From Tubulanus polymorphus (Eukaryota; Animalia; Nemertea), in assembly GCF_964204645.1 (NCBI RefSeq), contig NC_134027.1:8278485-8342484 (forward strand): a stretch of 64,000 bases of DNA, written 5' to 3'. The position numbers and the translations under genes were made by a program. Below, piece by piece: positions 24,488-36,489 of the stretch (the first letter of the stretch is position 1; every line of letters starts with the position of its first letter). A model generated the notes under the pieces. That model saw only the letters and a program-made list of their open reading frames with translations. It searched no databases and was not told the origin of the DNA.

Positions 24488-27400
24488 CCGATCGGCGACA
24501 GGAGAGACAGGCAGGGCAGTATGGACACTACTAAACAACTTGGCGAAGGCGAAACATTATGGTGAGGGTCTAATTAGATAGATCTATACCCGTTCTAATT
24601 AACCCTGTCCAATTTAAGTGATATGAACGCGTTCTTCTGTCTTAAAAAGTGAATAGTTCCACGTTACGAATGCCACTTCCGCATTCTCAACCCTTTTTTT
24701 CTCTCCACTTCACAATTTTTGACTGACCACGACTAACTCCCCTCTCTCGTAGTCTCGGATCCCTTGAGAAAAATATCTACCCCCTCGTTTATACTCATCT
24801 GACAGGGGCTAAGCCCAACAGAACTGTCCTGTCAATACTAAGAGCATTTCGATGTTGTTGGACACTATTCCAATCCATTCCACAATTTCTTTCAATCGAA
24901 TGATTGTCATCCTACTCTGCCTGGTCTATGCCTGCACTCAAACACACTTGTAACTCATACCCTAAATAGGCCTACTGAATTTCATTTTGATATCTTATTC
25001 ATCAATGAAGACGTTTGTTCCTATTACAAATTGAATTTGAAATTTATCCAACCGTAAAAAATGGAAGAAATGATAACGTCATCTGATCTGGTGATTGATC
25101 GCCACTAAAGGATAATGTTGATACTTCACATCCACTGGATGAGTGAGGATTGATGTCCGATATGAAACCCATCCCTAACTCTTATTCACAGAGAACGCCA
25201 TTGATCCTTTATGATCCATCAACCTCTGGTGTAACATTCGCCCTGCAGATACCCTTTTATGTTGCAGTACAGAGGCCTATGCTGGAGTATGGAAAGTAGT
25301 AAATCTAAGTATATTCGTTGATTTATCGGTGAAGTCTTTCTTTTCAGGGCTGAAATCTTGAGTGAAGTTCAGACAAGTGCCACGAATAAATTACCATCGT
25401 TTAAAAATTTAGTTATCATAGGTAAGTAGTGCATAGAGCATAGCTTCATGCCTACTCAGATGGGAAGCACTTTATTGACAAGCTCCAGTTGATCATAGTC
25501 GGATCGAGTTTCAATTCGGTGTTGTCATTGTTTTTCAAGGTGATAATGATTCCGGCAAAACGAGCTTAGTCGCTAAGTTTCAAGGCAATGAAGACCTAAA
25601 GAAAGGAATGGGCTTAGAATATCATTATCTAGATGTTAAAGATGAAATACGTGATGGTAAGTGTGAAATAATGAGCCTAAACATTTTCCTGACATATCCA
25701 GCTTCGATGACCAAATGTCCGCAGGTTGGACAGAGAACCGGTAACCAAAACAAAAGATTTTAACACGAGGCTGATTTCTTTATTGGGTACAAAGAAGACG
25801 ATAACTTGCAATGCATTTAGGTACATTTGGAAAGAATTCCATTGGTTGGCTTTCAGTGGTGTTTTCGCAGGCACTGAAATATACTTCAGATCATCGAAGA
25901 TCGTGATAATTCATGAGGCGTTATTTCACTGTGTGGCGGAATCCTCTTATTATTTGCACCGAATAATTCAACCCGATGCTTGCCCTATAACAGGTGTATA
26001 TAAACCATGTATATTTAGGATAACAGCTGCAAGAAATAAAACCGGTACAAATCTTGATTGATACATATCGTATTGTTGAAGTAGAAGTGCGTCCTTCTGT
26101 GACTGGTTCCATGGATAACGAGTGACATCATAACAATTTGCACAGCTGGCGCGTTCGTCTCTGGTGTGTGATGTCACAAGTTCACTCTTTCGACGTTTAA
26201 TGTCAAACGATTATCTCTCGCTTGACGCCCAATATATATTCTTCCAATAGAGCGTGGAAGTCGCAAACTTCATGGGAGGGAATGTCATTTTTTAACGCTA
26301 TGATGCGTACATGGAAAGATGATTTATGGAAAAAGTTATTTATCTGAATTTGGTCCAGCCTAGGGAATCTTAGTATATTCTGTTTTAGATATTCAGTCAA
26401 GTACTGGAAAGTTTTTAAAGCCTTTAAAAGTTTTGTAGCTAATTAGTATATTTTCATTCGGCTTCTTCCTTTCTTCTCAAGTGTATAGCTTTTATTGAAT
26501 GATTAAAGAAAAACAAAATCGCCTTAAATTTCAACCAGCTATATCCTCGATAGATCCCAACTATATTTTGTCTTGATGAATTTGATGTTAAATGCGTCTG
26601 CTCCTACAATTCTTACAAATGTGTCACATATGTCGGTTATTGATTCACATCTCAACTAATCGTCGTTGAAAAAAAAGCATTTATGTCATGCGTTGCAGAA
26701 CTACTGCAAGACATGACAGTTCAAGCACATTCGAAAGCATTTTCTGTTTAGAAGGAGTTTTTAAGGAATCAATAAGTCGTAGGAACCCCGAGATAGTTAT
26801 GGCACTATGAAAAGCTATGCATTTACATGAACTTAGAATTTGTGGGGACCTTGTATCTAATACAGGGGTACTCGTTCTGTTACATTTCTGCTGATCTTCC
26901 TGTTTGTAAGTCAGTCACTTTCAGTTTGATGAATAATTTATAAAACTTGTAGGCGTAATAGATCTTTTTATATTTGACTATTCCTTGATATTCATAATGA
27001 ATGAAATGGTGAATCATTGAAAACCATTGTTATTATCTCTAAAACGTCATAATTTATACAGTATCAAGTCTAGTCTGTAAAACTGTCATTATCGATTAAA
27101 TCTGCATTGTTTAATAACTATACTAATCAATATGAGCGTCATTTCTTAACCCAGGCTCGTGAGGATAGCTATGAATTCTGTACACAGGTGTATTTGTACT
27201 CGAGCAGTTTTCAAAAAGCGGGCTACGGCACGCCTTCTAGTAATATAAGACATCTGCATGTATATCTGAATATTCTCACTCAATAATAGGATAGATTCAT
27301 ATTTTATTATAGGTGAAAAAGAATTATAGACAAATGTTTTTTTGAACTCGCTGTTTCAGTTTAGGAGAGTCAACTTCCCGGGTCATATCTTGGAATGACT

Positions 27401-30400
27401 GTATAGAACACAAATATTGTAAAGCCGAAAACCCTTCTCGCGACAAATATTCAGATCATTTGCAACCACCAGATTTTAAAATAGGCCTTTAAGTGTGGTG
27501 AGCAATTTAGAATTTTATCGTTAAACAGTACAGAACCTGCTTAGGTAAGTGGGTACTGGTAACCAGTCTACTAGACTGGTTCAATGTGTTCTCGTTTGGT
27601 GCGCAGTTAAAAGTATGTGTGATTATGTGGTATTATTTGTGCTGTAATTATGGGTTTATTGTTAAGTCGGCGAATAGTCATCAAAATGTAGAACAAAAGG
27701 CATTTTGTATTATTTTCTATTGTTTAATTGGGTAAATTGAATTTTTTTTGCGTACATTTCCGTGTAGTGCCTCAGCTGATGTAGGGTTTCCTTAAAAACT
27801 ATGCTCCGTACCCATTTTCTGTATTAGAATAAGATATCTGTGAATAAACTCTTGGTTTTGTTTTGATATTTTCAGATCAGACGCGACTATCGACTTGGAT
27901 TTTAGACGGCGATCCGCATCACGCGGGACTGCTCAAATATTGTCTCTCCGAGGAGACTTTCGAACATACGTTATTGTTATTAGTAGTTTCTATGAGTCAG
28001 CCGTGGGCCGTAGTGGACGGTTTACGCAGGTGGAGTTCTATATTGCGGGATCATATCGAGTTACTTAGGATAGACCCGATCCGAATGAAAGAACTGGAAC
28101 AAAGTCGTAAGTACTCTCTCGATGTTTCAGCTGAATGTTGTTGATGAATCCGTGGTTGAAATCTGAATCACATCGCGAATATATAGATTTAACAATTGAA
28201 CCTGGCAAATTGGATTGACCTGACATAACATGATATGTAGACATTATCGATTGAAAAGTCTATCCTATATCAAAACAAATGGGTATGAAAGAATATTAAT
28301 TTGCGCATTATGGTTTCTAGTTCAGTGTTCTTAACCAGGAGTTTAACCTATTTTTTTAGATTAGGTAATCGGATATCCATAGTACGAACCAATTTCTATT
28401 TTATCGTATGATCGATACCTCATTGCTTGATACACCAATCACGAATTAACATGTTCAATTATTCCTAGATTTATAAACAGAGATCACACAAAACATTGGA
28501 CCTGGTCCGAGCCAAGTTTTAGCGGAAATGACTCACTTCGTTTTGTTTGAGCATTCATTAGTATCGAATGAGTGGCTTACGTGTGAGCGCGCTCTCTAAT
28601 TAGGCACAGGCCAAATTTGGCTCGGACCGTATCGTCTCTGTATGGTCGTGGCTATAATATCAGGCAATTTTTGGGTATAGTGGCCAAGTAGTTCAAGCTT
28701 TGAAGTACCGCTCCCCTCAATTCAAATTTTCTAATGGTGGCTGAGCATCTTAGAAATAATGCTTTCCGTAGCATGAAACAATTTGGGGATCATCAGGGAT
28801 GTACATCATAGACTAGTTGGTTGTTGTATTATTAGCACTGGTCACGAGCTAGATTAATTGTGTGACATTCATTATAGTGGGACATAATCTGTATGTACCG
28901 TATAAAATTAATGAACACTACTGATCTGTATGATAATGATTGATGTTGTTCACAGCTGTATAAACCCAATTCAGTTTAATGCAATAGTTGGCTTTCAAAT
29001 TATGCTTATCAAAATAATATCAGCTCGCAGTAGCAGCAGTGGATTATGATTCATTGGGAAAGATTTTTCAGATGTTTGCTTGAAAATATATCTACTCAGT
29101 TATCTATAACTGTCAAAATGGTAAAAATGAAATTCATTGCGGCTAGCCATTTTACCACAAGGTCCATACAACTCACTGATTCCTTAAAAACTCTCTATAA
29201 CCAAATGCTTTTAATGGTAGGCCTACTTGAAACCTATTTGATTTGAGCAAAATGCCTTCAATTTCAAGAAATTAAGGCGATTAGAAATTTTTGTCTAGTT
29301 TGTATTTGCCCAGTAGACAATGCCCAAGTCAATGCAGTCTGGACCAGGATATCCTTTTAAACAATTAGGCAGTAACTGAATTAGAAACTGAGTTTTAGTC
29401 ATCTGAAGGATAGAAATTGGCTTAGAAAGCCACCAAGCCTTACCGAGATAAACTATACTAATTTATGAGGAGTCTACTGTAATTGTGACATGAAAGTGAT
29501 TATATATCAAGAGCTCTGATGAAATCGCAGGGGTCCAGAATACAGCTAGATATGTGGGCTGTTAGCTTTCCTGTTAGTCTTGTCTCTGCTGACATGTGGT
29601 TGGTTAGATAAGACTCAGGGAGGTAGGAATGACTGCAGAACTGAGTGCTCTTTCATAGCAACTACAAGTACATGTACTTTGTTATCTCTAACTAGGGCCG
29701 AGAATGTCAAATGTCGTAAAAGAAGTTAATCAAAATGATAAAAAACGAAATGAGGGAAGCCATGAACCAATATTGTGTGTAATTTCTTTCAGTTGTCACA
29801 TATTTCCAAGATTACACAGAACCTAGCGAAGAAAGCAGTCATTCACAGTCACAACGCCGAGAAACGAATCCGTTACATCCGCAGCCATCGTCGACCGATG
29901 ATGATAAAGTCATACTGCCATTAGGAGAAACTACTTTAACGAAAAACCTTGGTATTCCAATTGTAGTCGTAGTTACAAAGGTACGCTTTAACCCTGTCTT
30001 CCATACTATATGCGTGATCTTATCACAGACGGGAGATTCATTTTGATCCTCGGGCGTCCGTGAGACCTTTATTCTCGCACTGTCTGTATCTCTCTGTCTG
30101 CGCTGAAAACCCTGTTTTTCAATGATATGATCTCGAAGATGACCTCATGATTCGGGAAAGGGGTCAAAATTCAAGAAGTTGTCTTGACAAAATTTAGCTA
30201 TTCGCCCAAGGTACAACTTATCCAAAATGCAATGGGAACTAAGGCATGGTAATTTCATGGAGTTCGGGTTTGAGCCAGAGCTGGAGAACCATTGTCGCCT
30301 ATAGCTTATTTATTCATTTTCGTAGATTTTGGTTAGAATAGATTCAGGTTCGATCACCTATCGATTTAATTAAAAGGCTTTTTCCTCTTTTTCAGAGTGA

Positions 30401-33400
30401 TGCAATCTCAACGCTAGAGAAAGAACACGACTATAGAGAAGAGCATTTTGATTTTATACAGCAATATATTAGGAAATTTTGTTTAAATTGTATCCTTTGA
30501 AAAAAAATGAAAACACGTTATTATAGTGGTCACGCCTTTGCTTATTTATCAACTGAGCAGATATAGTTTTAGAAAAAATAGGAGTGAACTGAAGTTAGAA
30601 AAGATAACTGTACACAAGATCGATATGATAGCCTTAACTGTTGATTAGATGGTGCATCCCTGTGTTATACGTCGGTGAAAGAAGGCAAGAATATAGACCT
30701 CTTACATAAATATATGCTACATAGAATATACGGATTTCCATTCACGACGTCTGCCCTAGTTGTAGAACGAGATGCTGTTTTCATGTAAATATCTCGGCCT
30801 TTTCTATTCGACTATTCGCATATGTCATCAGTACCAGCATAACAAAACCTATGAATACGAAGTGTTTAAAGTTAAGAAACCATTTCTGTACAAAAAGAAT
30901 TGCTTCTAGATTTACTGTTCAAATTAGGATCAATTTTGAATTAGTCGATGGTTACCTGGTGATAATAATTTCATATTGATTTATATTGTTTGTGTTTATA
31001 GCCCGGCAGGATGGGATAATGAGAAGAAGATTAGCATCTTATACGAGAATATGACTTCAATGAAACCTGATGATCCATTCGAGGATGTGCTGATTAAACC
31101 TCCTACACGCAAGGTATATTCACATCCAGTAGCTTTGTAAATTGGCCATTAATTCTACACAAGTTCTACCACGATGATATCACCAATTTTCTAACCATAT
31201 CTGTGTCAAACTTTCTTAGATTTTGTTGGTGCATGTCGCGCAAAATGCTAAATATGAAAACAACCGATGTTTATATCATGATTTGGTATAGTGTAGTGTC
31301 CGATTAAACGTCATGATCATTATCATTTTGTAGCCTATTCAGAGGGATTTAGAAGTTCTGGCTGAGGATGAACAGACATTCTTAATGAAGCAACAGATGC
31401 AACTGAGTAAAACTCCAGCTCCAGGAGGCACTCCAAGACAGGTATGATATGATATTCGTGTAATCATATTCGTGCTGAATAAGACGTAAAGGATCAATGC
31501 TAATGTAATTCGATGTCATATTGTAGCCATAAGGGCTTTAGCATGAGAGATTATATTTCAGAATGCCCCAGGTGGCAAAGAGGAACAGAGGGTAAGACTG
31601 CTGCTGGTGACAGAGGTGTTGAACTTTTACATACATCCCTTCAACGAAATCCAACCTGTGCTTGTCATTTTCATTTACCCTTATTTACAGTTCAGAGCAT
31701 AAAATGCATCAACTCACTGATTCCTAAGTTCTTAACAAATCAAGGCTGCAATTGTCTTACTCATTGGATCGGGTACAAATGTTGGGACATGTCATTCCTG
31801 CGATAATATGTCCCTTGGCAGGTTGGATTTCAGTATTGCTCAGTACATTGTGGTTTCTTCTCTTGGTAACAATTTCTATGACATACGGTAGTATACGTAT
31901 ATACTTTTCACAGAGTTTTTGGTGTAGGATTTCATTCTCCAGAACAATAAAATGTAATTGGGGTTTTTTTTTGTCAAAGAGGGGAGTTATGAAAGAACCA
32001 CTGAACATACATACTTTTAGGCCACTTCTGACTTCAGTCCCAGTAGGCTCTTGCATTCACTTCTCATCCATCCGTTTGCTTATTTTGATCTCTTGTATTT
32101 TGTTTGTACATGTATTTACCCTAGAAATATCTGCAGCCTGAAAACTGACCAGATGAGATTCAAGATGACTGACTAGTGGCCATTGTTGTTTGCTGTCAGC
32201 ATTTTTAAATTGGGTCGATTGGACAAGTCTTGTGGCTTTTTGTGTCCCCAACGGTCATTTCGGGCTGAGTATTGGTACCTTTAACTAAATTTTTAACCAC
32301 AATAAAGTGCAGAATTGTAACTCGTGGCATGTACTATGGTTATACGAAAATATTGTGAGTTTCAAAGTCATAGGGTCTGTATATGCTCACCATGGGGTGT
32401 TGAATAGCAGGATGTCATGGTATTAACATGCATATTTTGTTACTGCAATCAATTACAATAATTCTAGCTCATGATAAGTTCTATGAGTGGTGAGATTCAA
32501 CTCATTGATTACTGTAATTGTTCTCCAGGGGGCATTGAATAATCAATATTGAAATTGTCAGATTGTTGCGCATTTCACCAAGTGGGCATGGTGTCCTTGG
32601 AATCCTAGTTTGTGTTCACATTTGGAATCTGGTTTACCCTCTGAGAATAATCTTCTCTATGAATGTGTTAATTCACCCATGTTGACTAATACAGTTTTCA
32701 CCACCCACTCTAATAACTACATTCACTCATTTATCATATATATGATTATCACAGTATTTTAGAAAGAAAATTGTGTTTTTTGCACATTGCGTTATGTATT
32801 TATTTTTCAAAGGAAGATTAGTCTTCATTTCATTCATACCTATCCGATTAAGTTTGTGAAGTCTAAATCTAAATTGTCAATGATGAACTATTTTTGTTTT
32901 TGTGTTAAGATGCCAGGTCTGCATCCCGATCTGGAAACTCTGCCCGTTCTATTGGCAAGTACCTTATTAGTGCACACTGCATGTGTAAAAGCTCTTTGTT
33001 ACACCATGGACATATAAACTCTAGTTAATATATGCCCACAGTAACGCACTAACATTTTTTGATGGTCAAACAAAAGGATAAGGGATATGATTATATACAA
33101 CGTTTACTTAAACTTAAATTTAATTTGATTTTGTTTGATAAGATTATGTTAACATCAACTAGGGTACTAAATATCGGTTTTACTATTTGCTATTAAGCTA
33201 AACTGTGTGATGTACTTACCTATATATGATGGGTTTATTAATATCATTGGAGTAGATATTTGGTAATATTTAATCATGTAATCAGTTGATAGTATATCAT
33301 CTTGTGATAGTGAGTGCTAAACAATGTTTATGATTGACCTTCTAAAACTCAACTTGAAGAATGATTAGAACATATTTGTCGGTGATGATATTAACCGTTT

Positions 33401-34223
33401 TTTGGGAGAGTTGGTTTCATGAACAAAGCTTGGTGGTTAAAAATGTTATGATGAAAGCACTTTTATATCTATATCATTAGACACTATTTTAAAGGAACCA
33501 CACTCTATAAGTCGCTTATTGGAAATGGAATATCTTCGGGGCAAGCTAGTACTATTGCTATCACTGTTGTTCCATATCTGGCAATGGTTTTGTTGTTTAT
33601 TTTCTCAGGATTCACCATTACGATCAGCTGGAGGTTCACCAAGAGTTTCTGGGTCACCGGGTACTGGAGCTGGGCTCACTGCATCACCGAAAAAGGTATC
33701 GAAATCACGCTTTTTATGATATTGCATTTTGGTGAATGGAGCCATCATTTTGTGACTCTTTTGTTTCGTTCATCTGTATCAATGTACTATTCACTAAGTT
33801 GCATATCATTTCGTATGTAATTTCAGGCTGATGGTGCGCGCGCAGGAGGTGCAACCAATGAAGGCGTTTTAGCAAACTTCTTCAACAGCTTACTAAGCAA
33901 AAAGACAGGGGCAGGTGGAGCTGCCCCCGGTGCAGGTGGTGTTTCACCTACAATCAAAACAGGTATTCTCATGTTCTTATAGACGGCAATCATTTTATAA
34001 CTACTGAAATATAAACAGTTATAATGATTATTAAACTGATACCAAAATCTATTGTTCATTTTCATAATGTTCTATCTCTTAGATGCTGAATTTTTGAATT
34101 ATGTTTTTCTTTATAGATAAAGCGGCAGTGACTCGCGACGCCGCGGCCGAGTTGGATCGTATGACTCGCGCCAAGAAACCAATCACTCAAATCTCCACAA
34201 CTACGAACGATTCGCAGTCGTGA
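24482..34223 (+). CDS. DYNC1LI1: Cytoplasmic dynein 1 light intermediate chain, 12 core exons
   Basis: Exons approx. 24482-24561, 25348-25421, 25540-25656, 27876-28106, 29793-29980, 30396-30489, 30649-30785, 31002-31113, 31334-31441, 33609-33695, 33827-33962, 34117-34223. P-loop [55 protein letters not shown]. Single invertebrate orthologue of DYNC1LI1/2. Confidence 0.95.
28504..28628. mobile_element. Small MITE-like inverted repeat
   Basis: GGTCCGAGCCAA / TTGGCTCGGACC 12-bp perfect TIR. Confidence 0.55.
29437..29660. repeat. Dispersed repeat family copy, inverted relative to the TRPC4AP-intron copies
   Basis: CGCAGGGGTCCAGAATACAGCTAGATATGTGGGCTGTTAG...GGTAGGAATGACTGCAGAACTGAG is the reverse complement of the 190-312 core. 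TTACCGAGATAAAC...GAGGAGTCTACTGTA is shared with 47228-47290. Confidence 0.88.
30490..30648 (+). other. U12-type (minor) GT-AG intron in dynein LIC
   Basis: Donor GTATCCTTT; branch CCTTAAC at 30632-30638, 10 nt before the intron end; no polypyrimidine tract; splits FCLN(Y)GASL. Confidence 0.93.
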
Positions 34224-36378
34224 AGCGCGTACAGCGCTCGTCTAGGTCATCTTTCTCCCCTCAAACCCTCGACTGACACTCTTTACAACTGACAACCGAC
34301 AAACCGCACGCTAGTAAATGAACCATTTCTCACGCAGTACGGAAAGGAATTCAAAGTGCTTAGTTTAAAGTATAAAATTGAATCGGTCCCACGCAAAGGG
34401 GTGATTTTGCGTGGACTGTTGGTTTATTTTCGGCCATGACATTGTCAATCACGGTGTAGATTTTTTTCTTGATCACATGAGGGATGTCGCGGTAAACGTT
34501 CTCTAAAGAGAGAGTTATGATCTCGGTGCTTCCACCTAGTACTATAATCGGAAACAGAAGTTGTTTCTGCTATGAAAATATATCGCGTTAAAGCTATAGA
34601 GCTGAGAATAGTTTTCGAGGTGGTGTGGGTATGTACTAAGTTTCGCATTGATCTGTTGGTACCGGTATATGCTGAGTGGACTTCTATGCTGCTGTTATGA
34701 AAATCCAAACTGTCTAGTAGACTAGCTAATATCATTACGCAAGTTGTGTTTCAAGAATAGAATTCTAAAATTGACTCTCGAACTCCTAGGCAACTGGCAG
34801 GAATTGGCTTCTGTTTCGTAACCATCTAGATATGATTGCTTTATGATTTTTGATCACGAAGTGCGCAAACCAAAGACCTTTGCGCTGTGTCTGTGTACTT
34901 CTCTCCTTATTCAATGTGAAAAACATTATGTATATAAATTTAGTCCATTCAATGGATGTACATGCATGTGCTTCTATAAATAGAGGCAGACAATTGATTT
35001 GTATAATAAATAGTACGTATGATAAACCCACACGTTAATTTCTCGCTGACAATTATGAATCAAATAACATGTAAGTTGGATAAAAAGTGCTTCACCGACC
35101 GAGAGAAAGAATAAAAAATACAATCTGTCTACAGTTACAGCAGTATCGAGGTAGAAATCAAATTAGGCTCCCATAGAAATTGATGTTATTCGGAGAGATA
35201 CTGGTAGTTGTTTCATTAACTGACTGCTGTAACTGCAGACGCCGTGGAAAGAAAAATAGAAAAAAAATTGCCTTGTCTTGAAACCTTTCTGTCGTGATGT
35301 ACTTACTCCAATAAATCATGTATATATACATATATATATTATATATGAAAATTGTTAAGTCAGTGGTCTTATCTCTTTCGGTTGTTATGCTTTGAATTCG
35401 AATTACAATTTTCGAATCGAGCCCTTATTTTTCTGCTGCACTTTGGTGGTCTGATGCCTTTAAAGGATAACGAGTGGTATGTTTTATTTTGAAAAAACGG
35501 ATTTTATATATATAGCTGCGTGTATGTAAGCATTTTTCTCTCGTGTATGGTTTTCATAATGGAGGATCAATAAAGCTGGTCGATTCTCAGATTTTTCTTC
35601 AAACCGGGTATATTATAAGATATTTTCGTATGTCGGAAAAGTGTCTTGATGAATGGAATAAATGTTGAGCGTGATACATAACAGTGACATGTCATGGCCT
35701 CTTTTTTGTTGGATGAATGAATTTGTTGAATAAGGGAGTACGATACATCCTGTTCATTTACCTTGCACGAGGATGATGGTCATCAAGTTCTAGGCTGGGT
35801 GGTATTTATGCTTGATTAAATTCTAAACATAAGAGTATCCATCATTTAAAACATTCATGGCCTGTCTGAATTCTCCCGCAGAATAGTCTAAAACTTGAAC
35901 AGTAAAACGCACTTAATCAGGGTAATTACAGCACCAATTAACTGGTTAAGATAAATCTACATATTCTGGGGTACAAGTGGACGGATTGGATCAAATTCCA
36001 GATTAAACTGTTCTGAATAAGCGGGTTTTACTGTAGAACCGCTTAATGTGAATGGTGCATTTCACTACCGATTAAAAAGTATTGTTTGTGTATTACGTAT
36101 TTTTGGCGCCTGCAAATGTTTCATGAGAAATGTATAGATTTTATTTTTCATCTGCTGTGGTATTATGTACATGAGGCGGAAAGCGTCCATTTTATAAAAA
36201 AGCACAAACTGTTGTCAAGGACTTGATTAACTGAGCTCACTGCATAAAAAGCTGCTTCAACCATTCAGTTATGATATTGAATAATTAGGAAATCAGAAAT
36301 TGACATTTTGACTCGACACACTCTATTTAGCCTGGGTAACTTCACATCCTAGCTAGGCAGCAAGAATTCTAAAATACC

Positions 36379-36489
36379 GGGCCCAGTTTTATAGGCTGGT
36401 ATCAACTTAAACCCCGGGGCTAACTTAATTTGTTTTCAACTGAGTTAGGCCCTGTGTTAAAGTTAATACCAGTCTATAAAACCAGGCCC
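36379..36489. mobile_element. Palindromic MITE, Harbinger-like GG(G)CC termini
   Basis: GGGCCCAGTTTTATAGGCTGGTATCAACTT / AAGTTAATACCAGTCTATAAAACCAGGCCC; the arms pair imperfectly almost to the centre. Confidence 0.7.

Noticed and set aside
24797-24835. Hammerhead-like CTGACAGGGGCTAAGCCC hairpin
   Set aside because: Lacks an intact CUGANGA...GAAA catalytic core. Other CTGATGA hits, such as 19839 and 29516, also lack the required stems.
25677-26400. Cluster of short ORFs in dynein LIC intron 3
   Set aside because: No recognisable motifs or consistent splice structure; probably decayed repeat or chance ORFs.
29349-29358. ATATCCTTTT, an AT-AC U12 donor look-alike
   Set aside because: Deep in an intron with no exon upstream and no CCTTAAC...AC acceptor downstream.
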